Virus record (IMG/VR): IMGVR_UViG_3300040985_000347
Coordinates: 1 to 54,378 of that record
Direction: 5' to 3' (one strand)
Origin: a virus
Lineage: Duplodnaviria; Caudoviricetes
DNA: 54,378 nucleotides
The notes below the pieces were generated by a model, which had not been told where the DNA came from, ran no database searches, and worked only from the letters and a program-made list of their open reading frames with translations. The position numbers and the translations under genes were made by a program. Shown in pieces: positions 30,604-40,394 of the stretch. Every line of letters starts with the position of its first letter. Within the stretch, counting starts at the first letter, position 1.

Positions 30604-30623
30604 ATTTTCTTATTTTTATATTA

Positions 30624-30878
30624 TTAAACCGCTTCTGGCATTATATCGCCATTACTATCTATTTCCCAACATCCCCCCAGGCCAGGAGCTACTTCCGGCA
30701 TTATATCACCATTTCCATCTAAATCCCAAGTATCACAAAAATCTGTAATTGTAGCTTGAGGTTTAAGAGCTGTTGATCCGTCTGCCTCAAAAAAGCAACA
30801 CAAAGTGAATTGACTTAAGATCGGATAATTAGCCATTCTTATGTTACTAATACCTAATATGTTTTGTAATATAGTCAC
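30624..30878 (-). CDS. Small protein with duplicated WxxDxNGDIMPE motif
   Basis: WDLDGNGDIMPE and WEIDSNGDIMPE; GTG start overlaps the upstream stop. Confidence 0.6.
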   Translation of the reverse strand: MTILQNILGISNIRMANYPILSQFTLCCFFEADGSTALKPQATITDFCDTWDLDGNGDIMPEVAPGLGGCWEIDSNGDIMPEAV

Positions 30879-31177
30879 TATTTATAGTATGCTATTATTG
30901 ATCCATCTACTAAAGACACACATTTAAAATCTGCGTAGTATGGAAGTCCTGTTATTAAATCCATATCTGTAGTTACAGTATTAGTCCCATTTTCCTCCCA
31001 ATTTACAAGACATTGGGAAACATCTAAAGTTGTGTTATCTGCTATAGCTACTATACAATAAAAGTGCCCATAGTGTTTAGCTGTATTGTTTATTACATTG
31101 GCTCCTTGTTGTCCGTAAGGAGCTTTTAGTAAACTCTCTACTGTATTTGTTGTATCTCTATCGTTTATTAATGCCAT
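30878..31177 (-). CDS. Hypothetical protein (99 aa)
   Basis: Packed ORF with A-rich upstream region. Confidence 0.6.
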   Translation of the reverse strand: MALINDRDTTNTVESLLKAPYGQQGANVINNTAKHYGHFYCIVAIADNTTLDVSQCLVNWEENGTNTVTTDMDLITGLPYYADFKCVSLVDGSIIAYYK

Positions 31178-31190
31178 ATTTTCTTATTTA

Positions 31191-31601
31191 TTAATTATCT
31201 ATTACTATCTTACGAATACTCAGTATTTGTTTCGCACTAATATCAAAAGGTAGTTTATCAGAAAAAATAGTATAAAGTTGAATAGTAGCTTCTTCATCTA
31301 ATAGCTTATCAACTTCTTTTAACTGCTCCTGTCTAGCTTCTTCAAGATCTTTATGCTCAACTTCTAATTTTTTAGCTTCGGCTTCATTTCCCTCTTTATG
31401 TAGTCTTTGAACTTGCTCAGCTACTTTTTGAAACTCCTCTGTTGGTCTACCTGCCTCTTCAATGTGTTTTAATTCTTTCTGAATATTCTCTATGTTTTTA
31501 GCTACTACCATAGCGAATTTAACTCCACGTAAGTCTGAACATTCGTTTAGACCTTTCATTAATTCTACTAATTCTCTGTTTGTTACAGTTTGTTTTGCCA
31601 T
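31191..31601 (-). CDS. Coiled-coil hypothetical protein (136 aa)
   Basis: Charged helical sequence with GVKFAMVVAKN; possible fibre chaperone (inference). Confidence 0.6.
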   Translation of the reverse strand: MAKQTVTNRELVELMKGLNECSDLRGVKFAMVVAKNIENIQKELKHIEEAGRPTEEFQKVAEQVQRLHKEGNEAEAKKLEVEHKDLEEARQEQLKEVDKLLDEEATIQLYTIFSDKLPFDISAKQILSIRKIVIDN

Positions 31602-31630
31602 CGTTTTAAATTTATTTAGTTTATATTAGT

Positions 31631-32953
31631 TTATGCGGGTGTTGCAAAAAACGGAACCCACTTATCCGTACCATTTATATTTATTCTTACCCAACCATCA
31701 TTTGCGTTTGTGTGATTAGGAAATGTTCCATGTAAACTAGAAACGCACGTAGACGAATCTGTTGCTGATGTTCCAGTAAATATGATGAATGGCTCATCGT
31801 TATCATTTTGATCTAACTCTAAACAAGCAGCTCCAGTTGTATCATTTTGTATATCAACTACAGCATTATTGTTTGCTCCTGTACTACCAAAGGTAAAGTG
31901 TTTATTAGAGCCATGAATTTTCATAACTTGAGCAATTGTACCTCCATCAGTTATAGACATATTAATATCTCCATCTCCCGATCCTGAATTACCTGCTAAT
32001 AAATTAATAGCACCTCCAGCGCCAGTACCATTTGCAGCTCCACCAGTTAATGTTATAGCACCCCCAGCTGTATTAGTAGCTGTACCAGCAGAACCAGTTA
32101 CCTTAAATTCATTACCAGCTCCTGTACTAGGAGACATAACGTTTATTTCTCTTGTATCACCAGACGTAAAAGATATGTTATCCCCTACAGTTAATGCTGC
32201 AGTATTAGTAGTATCAAATGTTGCAGTAGGCCCACTATGTCCTATAAAAACTCTACCACTAGTATCAATGTTTAAACCTTCCGCTGAACCATCACCACTA
32301 AGCCATCCTGTTCCTAAGTCTAAATTATGCCCATTTAAACTAACTTCATTATTAAAAATTACTGAGGATGTAAATGTAACATCGTTTAAATCTACATTTA
32401 AAGTGTTTGGGGTAGTAGTAAGATCCCAAGATAATCCAGCACCTGCTGTGATTAAATTAGAAAGTGAGTCATATGTTGCATTTAACCCATCAGTTTTTAA
32501 AACTTGATTAGCTGTTCCTATTCCAGCCATAGTTAATGCGTTTATAGCAGATTGTTGATTTAAAGCTCCTGTACCTCCGTTTTCTATAGAGAGTACACTT
32601 TCTCCTGCGTCAACTGCTAAATCTATGCTTTTTAAAAATTTAGAACTTTCATTATTACACGCGTTTAGATCTAAAGATGCTGGAAAAAAACTTGCTAGAA
32701 TCGTTCCTGAAGAGCTATTAAAAGATAAAAGAGGTGAATTAGATTTCAGACTTTTTAATTTAACTTTATTCCCTGAGGTAGATTCTATTAATCCAGCTCC
32801 ATCGCCACTATTAGATACAGTTGTAGATAAATCAGATGCTTTAAATTTTGCTTCTCTATTATTTGAAATATCTGCTACATACACATACCAAGATCCAGAA
32901 TTAATTTGTTGTGATACTGCGTTTTGTAAATTTTTTATTTTTGTATTTGCCAT
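31631..32953 (-). CDS. Putative tail fibre protein (440 aa)
   Basis: LSIENGGTGA, Gly-rich GGAITLTGG/GGAINLLAG repeats, and a WVRININGTDKWVPFF C-terminus. Confidence 0.6.
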   Translation of the reverse strand: MANTKIKNLQNAVSQQINSGSWYVYVADISNNREAKFKASDLSTTVSNSGDGAGLIESTSGNKVKLKSLKSNSPLLSFNSSSGTILASFFPASLDLNACNNESSKFLKSIDLAVDAGESVLSIENGGTGALNQQSAINALTMAGIGTANQVLKTDGLNATYDSLSNLITAGAGLSWDLTTTPNTLNVDLNDVTFTSSVIFNNEVSLNGHNLDLGTGWLSGDGSAEGLNIDTSGRVFIGHSGPTATFDTTNTAALTVGDNISFTSGDTREINVMSPSTGAGNEFKVTGSAGTATNTAGGAITLTGGAANGTGAGGAINLLAGNSGSGDGDINMSITDGGTIAQVMKIHGSNKHFTFGSTGANNNAVVDIQNDTTGAACLELDQNDNDEPFIIFTGTSATDSSTCVSSLHGTFPNHTNANDGWVRININGTDKWVPFFATPA

Positions 32954-32964
32954 ATTTTTATTTT

Positions 32965-35900
32965 TTAAAAGTCAAAATTTTGTATGTCGTCTACTCCGTC
33001 TATTCCTGTTATTGGAGAAGAAGATTCATTTGGATCTGGTAGATAATCAACATCTGCATCTGTCTTAGCTTTACTTGCACAGTCTGGGCAGATCTTTGTT
33101 AAATAAGTGGTCCAAGTTAGTAAAATTTGTGGAGATAAGCAAGCCCCGCGGAACCCTAATGCGAACCTTTTTATTAAGTATCTTATTAACAATACTCTCC
33201 ACACATCTATAGTATTGTAACTAAAACTTTCTCTATCTAGTAATCCTCCTAGTAATTTATCATAAACAGTAGTAGCAAGATTACCTACACACCCTACAAT
33301 ATCTGCAAGATCATCTTCACATTCAGGACAATCTGGCTCTAATTCATTTGTTCCTGCGCATCTAAATATACCATTACAATATGTTAAATGCTGCCCTGAT
33401 GGACATTGATGTCCGACAAATTGATTAGTTGTATAATGAAAATCTCCATTTATATAAGACTCACTTGATATAGGAGTTCCCCCTCCATCTAGTACAGTTA
33501 TACTTTGAAGATCTGTAGCTGTAATTGTAGGGTCTGCTAAGTACGCAACTGTTGGTAGACCCCCTACATTGCTATTATATAATTCAAATGCAAAAGCTGC
33601 TGGTCCTGTTGTATTGCTACCATCAAATTTTAAAGTGTGTTTTCCTGGTAATAACGCTATAGGAAATAAATTCCAAAATGTATTATTTGATGTCTGGCCA
33701 AATAAGTGTATATACTCTTGACCGTCTACAGAAAACCTAACGTCATCATCTCCAGCTAAAGCTAATATATAATTAGTAGCAGATGGTAAATCTATAGTAC
33801 ATATTGTAATTCCAACTCTAGAATTAGTAGGCTCATGATTTGTAGTAGTAGAAGTATACTGAGTAAACCATTGAGGCCATATACCTATATCTTTCAATCT
33901 ATCATTATATACTGGGAAGTTCATAGTCCAAGATGGGTCTGTTTCTAATATTCCTGCTCCGACGTCTGAGACTTCACCCTCTCCTAACGTACCAGGATTT
34001 TGTGAGGTAAATGGTAATAAATTTAAATCTTGACCTATAGGAACCGGGGATACGTAAGTACCTCCACTCCATTGCCCAAATATTTTAGCTCCAACTTGCC
34101 CCCAAGTTAAAGTGTTTGCACAGCAAGGCATATTCTGAGCTACAGTAACTGCCGTCCAATGATTCTTCCACACCCCACCTGAAGCTAAACACTTTACAGG
34201 ATTATTAACACCTCCAATAACTGTACCTGCATTAGCATCAAAACATTTGCCGTATAGCGGAGCAACTTCATTTTCAAATCCTACACATGTATTAAAGTTT
34301 GGATTAACTAGTAGATCTCCAGTCCATACTCCTGCGGCGTTAGTACAATCTAAATAATTAGTATGACCCCCAATACTACAAGTACCACTATTTAAATCTT
34401 CTATATATTGATTCTCGTCTAACTCATAACCTGGAGGACATCCACAATCACAGTTTTCTGCTCCAAATATATCAATAAGATTTAACATCCCATTATCTAT
34501 AACAGCTGCTGCACAATTATCACAATTTTCTATTGGAGCTATCAGAGGAGAACCACTTGTCCCTCCATACGACGATGCAGGTGCATCTGTTACATTATTA
34601 GTAACTCTAACAATATACATAGCTTCTAGTGCTGCTGTTCCAAGCGGAGCGCCAACAGATAAATTTGTTAGAGTAAATTCTACTGGTGCGCCCATTTGAC
34701 CCGCTGTTGGTGCATAATAGAAATGTCCTTGAGAATCTAAATTACCATCTATTTCAGGGCATATTTCATTACCGGTACTAGTTTCTACTAATTGAAAACA
34801 CCATCCGCTATTGTTTGCGCTACATGCTGGAGTTCCACATTCATATCCTCCTTGTCCTGCCCCTGCGGTAAAGTCAAACTTTACTGGATGATCTACACAA
34901 CAATCTAAATTACAAGATCCTGTACCTGGAACATCACAACAAACATCTCCGTAATAAGGAGAAAATAAATTACTATCATAAGGTAAAGAGGATGTTCCTG
35001 GATCTTCTATAAATACTTCAATTGCCCAGTTCATACCTGTATACCAAAAATCTTCTTGAACCTGAAATGTAAAAGTACCATTAGTACCCCCCATAATAGT
35101 TACCCCTGTATGCCCTACTGTAGTAACATTTAAATTAGATATACTCTCTAACTCTACTTTTGTACCTCCATTCCATGTAGCTACTGAATGATCTGCAAAT
35201 ATATCTACAAAATCTGCATAACAATTATTCTGTGTACAATCTACACAAAAGTTAACACATGTAGCTGGTCCTCCAGGATTACAATCTTCTACAACATCAT
35301 CAAATACAGGGATACCACAAGTACTAGAATCATGAACCCATATTCTATATATGCCAGAATCTAAATTATCAAAACCAAAATATGTAATACCAGAATTAGG
35401 ATCTACTATAGAAGTCCAAGTTCCTGGTGTTGTTGTACTAGCATTATAATTAGTTATATTAAATATTGTAGGCCCACTATCAGTAGCCGTAGGATTAGTA
35501 TTAACCCAGTGTAAACCATCGTCAATACTGTAATATAAATCTCCTACTCCACCACTTGCAGAAATAGTTATAGAGCCGCATCCACAATCATTACAATAAG
35601 GATGAGTGTATTGTATGTCTTCAATAAGTACTGGGTTATTTGCTATAGTCCAAGTTCCTGTAACAGTTTCACCACAAAAGTCTGTAACAGTAACTTCATA
35701 ATCTCCAGGACATAGTCCATGTATGTCTTGTGTTGCAGCGCCTGGCCACACAGCAAGATTAGTTGTGCTAATAGGAGCTCCTGAAGTAGTTATCCATGAA
35801 TATGTAAATGGACCAACTCCATCGTGCACAGTTAAATTAATATCACCACTACATTCGTCGCAGCAGTTAGCATCGTCTACAACTGCAGATAAAGTCATAG

Positions 35901-37527
35901 GAACATATGGACTTGCAGGTATTTGATCTGATATTGTAGGGCCTTGACAACTATTAGCTACACTGATTAAATATATGTAAATATCTAATCCTCCAGTTAA
36001 GCTTAGGTTAGTTCCACTAACTGTTTCTGTCCAAGTGTTGTCTACTAAAAGATTTGCTAAATCTGCAGAAGTAAAAGATGATGTACCTACAGAATTTTGT
36101 ATTTGAACAAATGTAACATTGTCTGTACTAAACCATAACTCAAACGGAAAGTCTCCTATAGTATTTGTAACTGTAAAAGTCCCATCATCTCCAGTCACAC
36201 AAGTAGGTCCAGCTGTTGTTGTAATAGCAGTATCTTCAGAAGCATTAGGTAAAATAACCTGTGTTATTGATGCCGTACATCCAGTTGAATCTGTTACTGT
36301 CACAACATAAGTTCCTCCTGTTAAATTAGAAGCTCCTGTTGGTGAGGTTGGCGTGTATGCCGCTCCGTCTTTAGTCCATACGTATGTATATGAAGGAACC
36401 CCTCCAGTTGCTGTTACTAAAATTTCCCCGTCGTTTGTTGAATTACATGAAACGTCTGAGTATGTATGGCTTAATAGTATAGAGTTTGCACTTGCTAGTA
36501 CAAATGTCATATCACTAGTACACCCTGTAGCAGTTATAGTTATTGTAACAGTGTATTGAACAGAAGGTGAAAGTCCCGTTATTTCATACTCTCCATTTGA
36601 AGCAGGTGCGAGTATAGACCAACTTCCTACTGATACCCCAGTGTTAAAGTCAATTAAACTTGTAATAGTATAATCATTAGCACTTATAATAGCTCCGCTA
36701 TCATCTTCTGCAATAATTGTAAATACTGTTGGTGAACCAGAACAAGCAGCTGTAAAAGGAGGTATTGAAATTGTAGCGCCAGCTCCTGCAGTTAAAACAA
36801 TTCCTAACTGTTCAGCTGTACATCCATTTGAGTCTGTAACTTGAATATCCCAAGATCCAGCAGCTAGTCCTGTTATAATTGAAGTTGCGGAAACAATCCA
36901 AGTACTAGTACCATTTTGTTTGTATGCATATGTGTATACCCCACTACCTGAATTTGGAACTAATTCTATAGATCCAGTTTGATTACTACAAATAGGGCTT
37001 ATTGGAACATAAGCTAAATTTACAGAAGATACTGTTCCTATATTAAAAGTACCAGTTATATCACAACCATCAGGATCCACTAAACTCCAACTATAACTAC
37101 CAGCAGTTAAACCAGTAGCACTAGTTGATATTGTTGTACTACCACCAGATGCAATTGAAGTGTTAGTTTGATTTCCACTAGGACCACTAATATTAAAAAG
37201 ATATGTTGTATTAGTATCAACATTAAAAGATAAAGAATATGCCCCGTCAGAACCAAAGCATGTTACATCTGTAATAGAACTACTATCCAAACTGTGCGTA
37301 CCTCCTGTAACAATTAAATTATAAGTACCTGCAGTGTCAGAACAGCCATTGGCCTCTATGACCTGAATTACGTATTGCCCTGCAAAAAGAGGAGAAGCAG
37401 TTTGTACGGAAGCAGCAGTTGCTGCAGTACCAGAATCTACTACAGTACCTGCACCATCAGTAACAGTCCAAGTGTAAGGTGCAGTTCCTCCAGGACTACT
37501 AGGGTTATCGCAATTAACGTTATCCAT
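32965..37527 (-). CDS. C-terminal part of giant SprB-repeat fibre/adhesin-like protein, with PA14-like domain and Cys-rich tail
   Basis: Repeats such as VSCNSTNDGEILVTATGGVPSYTYVW...LTGGTYVVTVTDSTGC; GDDDVRFSVDG...GKHTLKF PA14-like region; the ORF begins in mid-repeat. Confidence 0.75.
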   Translation of the reverse strand: MDNVNCDNPSSPGGTAPYTWTVTDGAGTVVDSGTAATAASVQTASPLFAGQYVIQVIEANGCSDTAGTYNLIVTGGTHSLDSSSITDVTCFGSDGAYSLSFNVDTNTTYLFNISGPSGNQTNTSIASGGSTTISTSATGLTAGSYSWSLVDPDGCDITGTFNIGTVSSVNLAYVPISPICSNQTGSIELVPNSGSGVYTYAYKQNGTSTWIVSATSIITGLAAGSWDIQVTDSNGCTAEQLGIVLTAGAGATISIPPFTAACSGSPTVFTIIAEDDSGAIISANDYTITSLIDFNTGVSVGSWSILAPASNGEYEITGLSPSVQYTVTITITATGCTSDMTFVLASANSILLSHTYSDVSCNSTNDGEILVTATGGVPSYTYVWTKDGAAYTPTSPTGASNLTGGTYVVTVTDSTGCTASITQVILPNASEDTAITTTAGPTCVTGDDGTFTVTNTIGDFPFELWFSTDNVTFVQIQNSVGTSSFTSADLANLLVDNTWTETVSGTNLSLTGGLDIYIYLISVANSCQGPTISDQIPASPYVPMTLSAVVDDANCCDECSGDINLTVHDGVGPFTYSWITTSGAPISTTNLAVWPGAATQDIHGLCPGDYEVTVTDFCGETVTGTWTIANNPVLIEDIQYTHPYCNDCGCGSITISASGGVGDLYYSIDDGLHWVNTNPTATDSGPTIFNITNYNASTTTPGTWTSIVDPNSGITYFGFDNLDSGIYRIWVHDSSTCGIPVFDDVVEDCNPGGPATCVNFCVDCTQNNCYADFVDIFADHSVATWNGGTKVELESISNLNVTTVGHTGVTIMGGTNGTFTFQVQEDFWYTGMNWAIEVFIEDPGTSSLPYDSNLFSPYYGDVCCDVPGTGSCNLDCCVDHPVKFDFTAGAGQGGYECGTPACSANNSGWCFQLVETSTGNEICPEIDGNLDSQGHFYYAPTAGQMGAPVEFTLTNLSVGAPLGTAALEAMYIVRVTNNVTDAPASSYGGTSGSPLIAPIENCDNCAAAVIDNGMLNLIDIFGAENCDCGCPPGYELDENQYIEDLNSGTCSIGGHTNYLDCTNAAGVWTGDLLVNPNFNTCVGFENEVAPLYGKCFDANAGTVIGGVNNPVKCLASGGVWKNHWTAVTVAQNMPCCANTLTWGQVGAKIFGQWSGGTYVSPVPIGQDLNLLPFTSQNPGTLGEGEVSDVGAGILETDPSWTMNFPVYNDRLKDIGIWPQWFTQYTSTTTNHEPTNSRVGITICTIDLPSATNYILALAGDDDVRFSVDGQEYIHLFGQTSNNTFWNLFPIALLPGKHTLKFDGSNTTGPAAFAFELYNSNVGGLPTVAYLADPTITATDLQSITVLDGGGTPISSESYINGDFHYTTNQFVGHQCPSGQHLTYCNGIFRCAGTNELEPDCPECEDDLADIVGCVGNLATTVYDKLLGGLLDRESFSYNTIDVWRVLLIRYLIKRFALGFRGACLSPQILLTWTTYLTKICPDCASKAKTDADVDYLPDPNESSSPITGIDGVDDIQNFDF

Positions 37528-39743
37528 CCATTTGTACTACATTGAGGTTGCGTAAGAGCCACGTTACTTATTACAGGGGGTGCCCCTAGACTAGATATAG
37601 TAAAAAATTCTAGATGAGCACATCCTGTTGTCTGATCTATAATCATCACATTATGAGAACCAGGGCATACGTTCTGAATTTTAGCGCAAGGCGCTGCTAC
37701 AATATGTTGCGTACCGCCTGAATCCATCCAAGAACCACTTCCTGTGTGATTACTGTTAGGTCCAGCTGAAAATATGGGTGTAGACGTTTGCCCCGTTAAA
37801 CCCCAATGAATCTCACAATTTTCTATGTTCAATGTAGTAAGATCTGTATTTATCTGTACTTCTCCACTACATCCAGAACCACATCCTGGCCCATCTGTTA
37901 CAGCAAAAGTCAAAGAAAGAGGCCCCTGGTTACAGCCTGAAAAGCTATTGTAATATAGACTACTCATATTATAATTACGCTGCTCACCAGAAGATGTATT
38001 ACTAGTCCAAGGGGTATAGTCTATTCGATCAATCCTAACGATAGTTGGTTCTAGAAAATAATTATCACCACTATAATTACCTAAGCTAGTTGCTTCAATT
38101 TTATCAGCATTACTAGTATTAAAAGCACTTTGGTTGAGAGTACCAAACAAATCAAATGATCCTGCCAAAACAGGATGACGAGTAGCATTTGTAGTGGTAG
38201 CGCCTATTTGCAGCACCTGATCTTCTATTCCAAAGATCATATTCGGGTAAGCAGCGTTAGCCCAATTAGGAGATCCACTACCATACCCTTGACCATTAGG
38301 AAAATTAGCTCCTGGACCACCAGATAAATTATATAGCGAGTACGCGCCGTTAGTATTAAAGGCCCCATTGTTTTCGTCACCTTCCTTAGATAAACTAAGT
38401 ACCCCATGCGTAGGCTTATACCCTCCAGTTGGAGCTGCCCCAACATATCCGCTAGCACACAAAGGTGTTAGCCCAGAACGTAATCTGTCAGAAGATGTTG
38501 CACCCTCTAAAAGCCCACCTGCAATCGAATTACCCAAGGCGCTTCCTATAGGAGATAGATGATCTGCTCTTAGTGCTGACGTTCCAGTATTAGATGTGTT
38601 ATAGTACCAATACGCTGTACCACCTGTTACTTCCCAAAAAGTGTTTCCTACAAACTGTACATGCCCATCCTTGTTACTATGTATTATAAGATCCCACCCA
38701 CTGTTTCCTGTACTATCTGACCACATTCCAACATCATTAGTTGAGTTTGCTGATCCTCCTATAAAAAATTCGTTATAAATTTGCTCATGCACATCATTAT
38801 AAATTCCGGCATACCAACCTAGATCATGCTGCGAAAACATGTTCTGCTTCACATTACTTGCAGTTATATGAGCTGCTAAATAATGATTAGGAATATAATG
38901 CTCCCCTGTTTGTATAGGCTCTGCAGATATATATACACATTTTCTTTTATCTGCAGCTGACAGGTTATTCCACCTAGGATCTGTCTCGCTTATTTGAGAC
39001 CAAAGATTGTCAGCAAACTTCATTGCTTCAGTAGCATCAAACATGTCACCAACATTAAAATACTGAAGGAGTTGCCCGGTAAGAGAGTCTTGGTAAGTAT
39101 TCTCTATATTAGTATTAAGAGCAGTTGCATTTGCTGGAAAATTACCAAATAAACGCTTAAAAGGTACATAATAATCTAGCATATTTTCTTGACCTGCTAT
39201 ACTATAGGGTTGAGATCCGTTTACAAGCGGGTTAGCGGGGTCCCCACAAACAGAAATAAATTGGGACCAAGAACTAGGATTAGATGCAGACTTAAATCTA
39301 TAAGTCCCCCTTAAAGTAAAATCAAAATCACTAGTAAGTCCATCTATATTGTTAGATCCTACCATTCCGGCAGCAGTATCTTCTGGATACATTACAAGAA
39401 TTATATGCTGCTTTGCCCCATATGAACTGCAAGTAGCACCACCACCACCATCAACACAACCTACCGGTTCATTAGGAACCAGTGACGCACCACTATTATC
39501 TACTGCTGTACCTTGAAGCCATTCACAGTAATTATCTGAAGAGCCACTAACTCCCCATGTTGTTCTAGTTACAGTTCCTGTACCTCCTTGAAGTACGGCA
39601 GAGTTAGAATGTAAAGGAGCCATTATAAATCTCAACCCTCTCTGTGTAGATGTGTTCCCATCTGTCCAATTCCCAACAGTAGCTGAGTCATATCCTCCTG
39701 TATCCTGGAGGTTTAGAATAGTTAGATAATCTCCGTACGCCAT
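37440..39743 (-). CDS. N-terminal part of the same giant protein, frameshifted near 37518
   Basis: SprB-like repeats begin near its end (TQPQCSTNGWIT). The last ~26 codons overlap the next ORF in another frame. Confidence 0.7.
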   Translation of the reverse strand: MAYGDYLTILNLQDTGGYDSATVGNWTDGNTSTQRGLRFIMAPLHSNSAVLQGGTGTVTRTTWGVSGSSDNYCEWLQGTAVDNSGASLVPNEPVGCVDGGGGATCSSYGAKQHIILVMYPEDTAAGMVGSNNIDGLTSDFDFTLRGTYRFKSASNPSSWSQFISVCGDPANPLVNGSQPYSIAGQENMLDYYVPFKRLFGNFPANATALNTNIENTYQDSLTGQLLQYFNVGDMFDATEAMKFADNLWSQISETDPRWNNLSAADKRKCVYISAEPIQTGEHYIPNHYLAAHITASNVKQNMFSQHDLGWYAGIYNDVHEQIYNEFFIGGSANSTNDVGMWSDSTGNSGWDLIIHSNKDGHVQFVGNTFWEVTGGTAYWYYNTSNTGTSALRADHLSPIGSALGNSIAGGLLEGATSSDRLRSGLTPLCASGYVGAAPTGGYKPTHGVLSLSKEGDENNGAFNTNGAYSLYNLSGGPGANFPNGQGYGSGSPNWANAAYPNMIFGIEDQVLQIGATTTNATRHPVLAGSFDLFGTLNQSAFNTSNADKIEATSLGNYSGDNYFLEPTIVRIDRIDYTPWTSNTSSGEQRNYNMSSLYYNSFSGCNQGPLSLTFAVTDGPGCGSGCSGEVQINTDLTTLNIENCEIHWGLTGQTSTPIFSAGPNSNHTGSGSWMDSGGTQHIVAAPCAKIQNVCPGSHNVMIIDQTTGCAHLEFFTISSLGAPPVISNVALTQPQCSTNGWITLIAITLVVLEELHLTLGLLLMVQVL

Positions 39744-40327
39744 TAGCAGTTACAATTACATTCGTTATCACTACATAAACTTTTAGCTTTTAAATATTTT
39801 TTATATGCTTTTTTAAATTGATCTGGTGTCTGTAAACAATCTGTTGTATTTACTTTAGCTCCTTGAATTAATAAATATATTTTACTTATTGTATCAAGAG
39901 CTTTAGAGCACTCTTCGTCACAACTGCAGTCTATTAACTCAGTTAATTTACTTGCAATACAACAATCTATATCACAATGTCCTACAAGTCCTAAAGTAAA
40001 TGTTGTTGCTGGATCTACTGGGTCTTGAATAACTATCATAAAAACTCCATTCAAAGACTCTTCTGTTGCAGTAGCAATATTATGAAAAGTTAATTCTGTT
40101 GCTCCTGAGCCGTTTAAAGCTACAGGACTATTTAGTACATATCCATTTATAGTTAATCCTGTTGCAGGATCTATGTTCCCATTATAAGGTTGGGTCGGAT
40201 CTAGCAGTTCATATATTTCTGATGGACTGTCAAAATCGTTATGGAATAGTGTATACGTAGCACCTGAAGGAGCCCCCGAAACTTGCAAGGTTTTACAATC
40301 AGCACTTAGTGAAAAAGATACAGGCAT
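39743..40327 (-). CDS. Cys-rich structural protein (194 aa)
   Basis: CDIDCCIA...DCSCDEEC...LCSDNECNCNC; TAATG-coupled to the giant fibre gene. Confidence 0.65.
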   Translation of the reverse strand: MPVSFSLSADCKTLQVSGAPSGATYTLFHNDFDSPSEIYELLDPTQPYNGNIDPATGLTINGYVLNSPVALNGSGATELTFHNIATATEESLNGVFMIVIQDPVDPATTFTLGLVGHCDIDCCIASKLTELIDCSCDEECSKALDTISKIYLLIQGAKVNTTDCLQTPDQFKKAYKKYLKAKSLCSDNECNCNC

Positions 40328-40347
40328 TTAATTAAGGTTTTAAAGTT

Positions 40348-40382
40348 AAAAAAAAGGAAGGGGGACTAAGCCCCCGACCTTT
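40348..40382 (-). terminator. Rho-independent terminator after the 338-aa head gene
   Basis: Minus strand AGGTCGGGGGCTTAGTCCCCCTTCC followed by T8. Confidence 0.8.
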
Positions 40383-40394
40383 AATATACTATCT

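Noticed and set aside
37440-37520. C-terminal TM anchor (LIAITLVVLEELHLTLGLLLMVQVL) on the 767-aa ORF
   Set aside because: It is the out-of-frame reading of the continuing SprB-like repeat after the frameshift.
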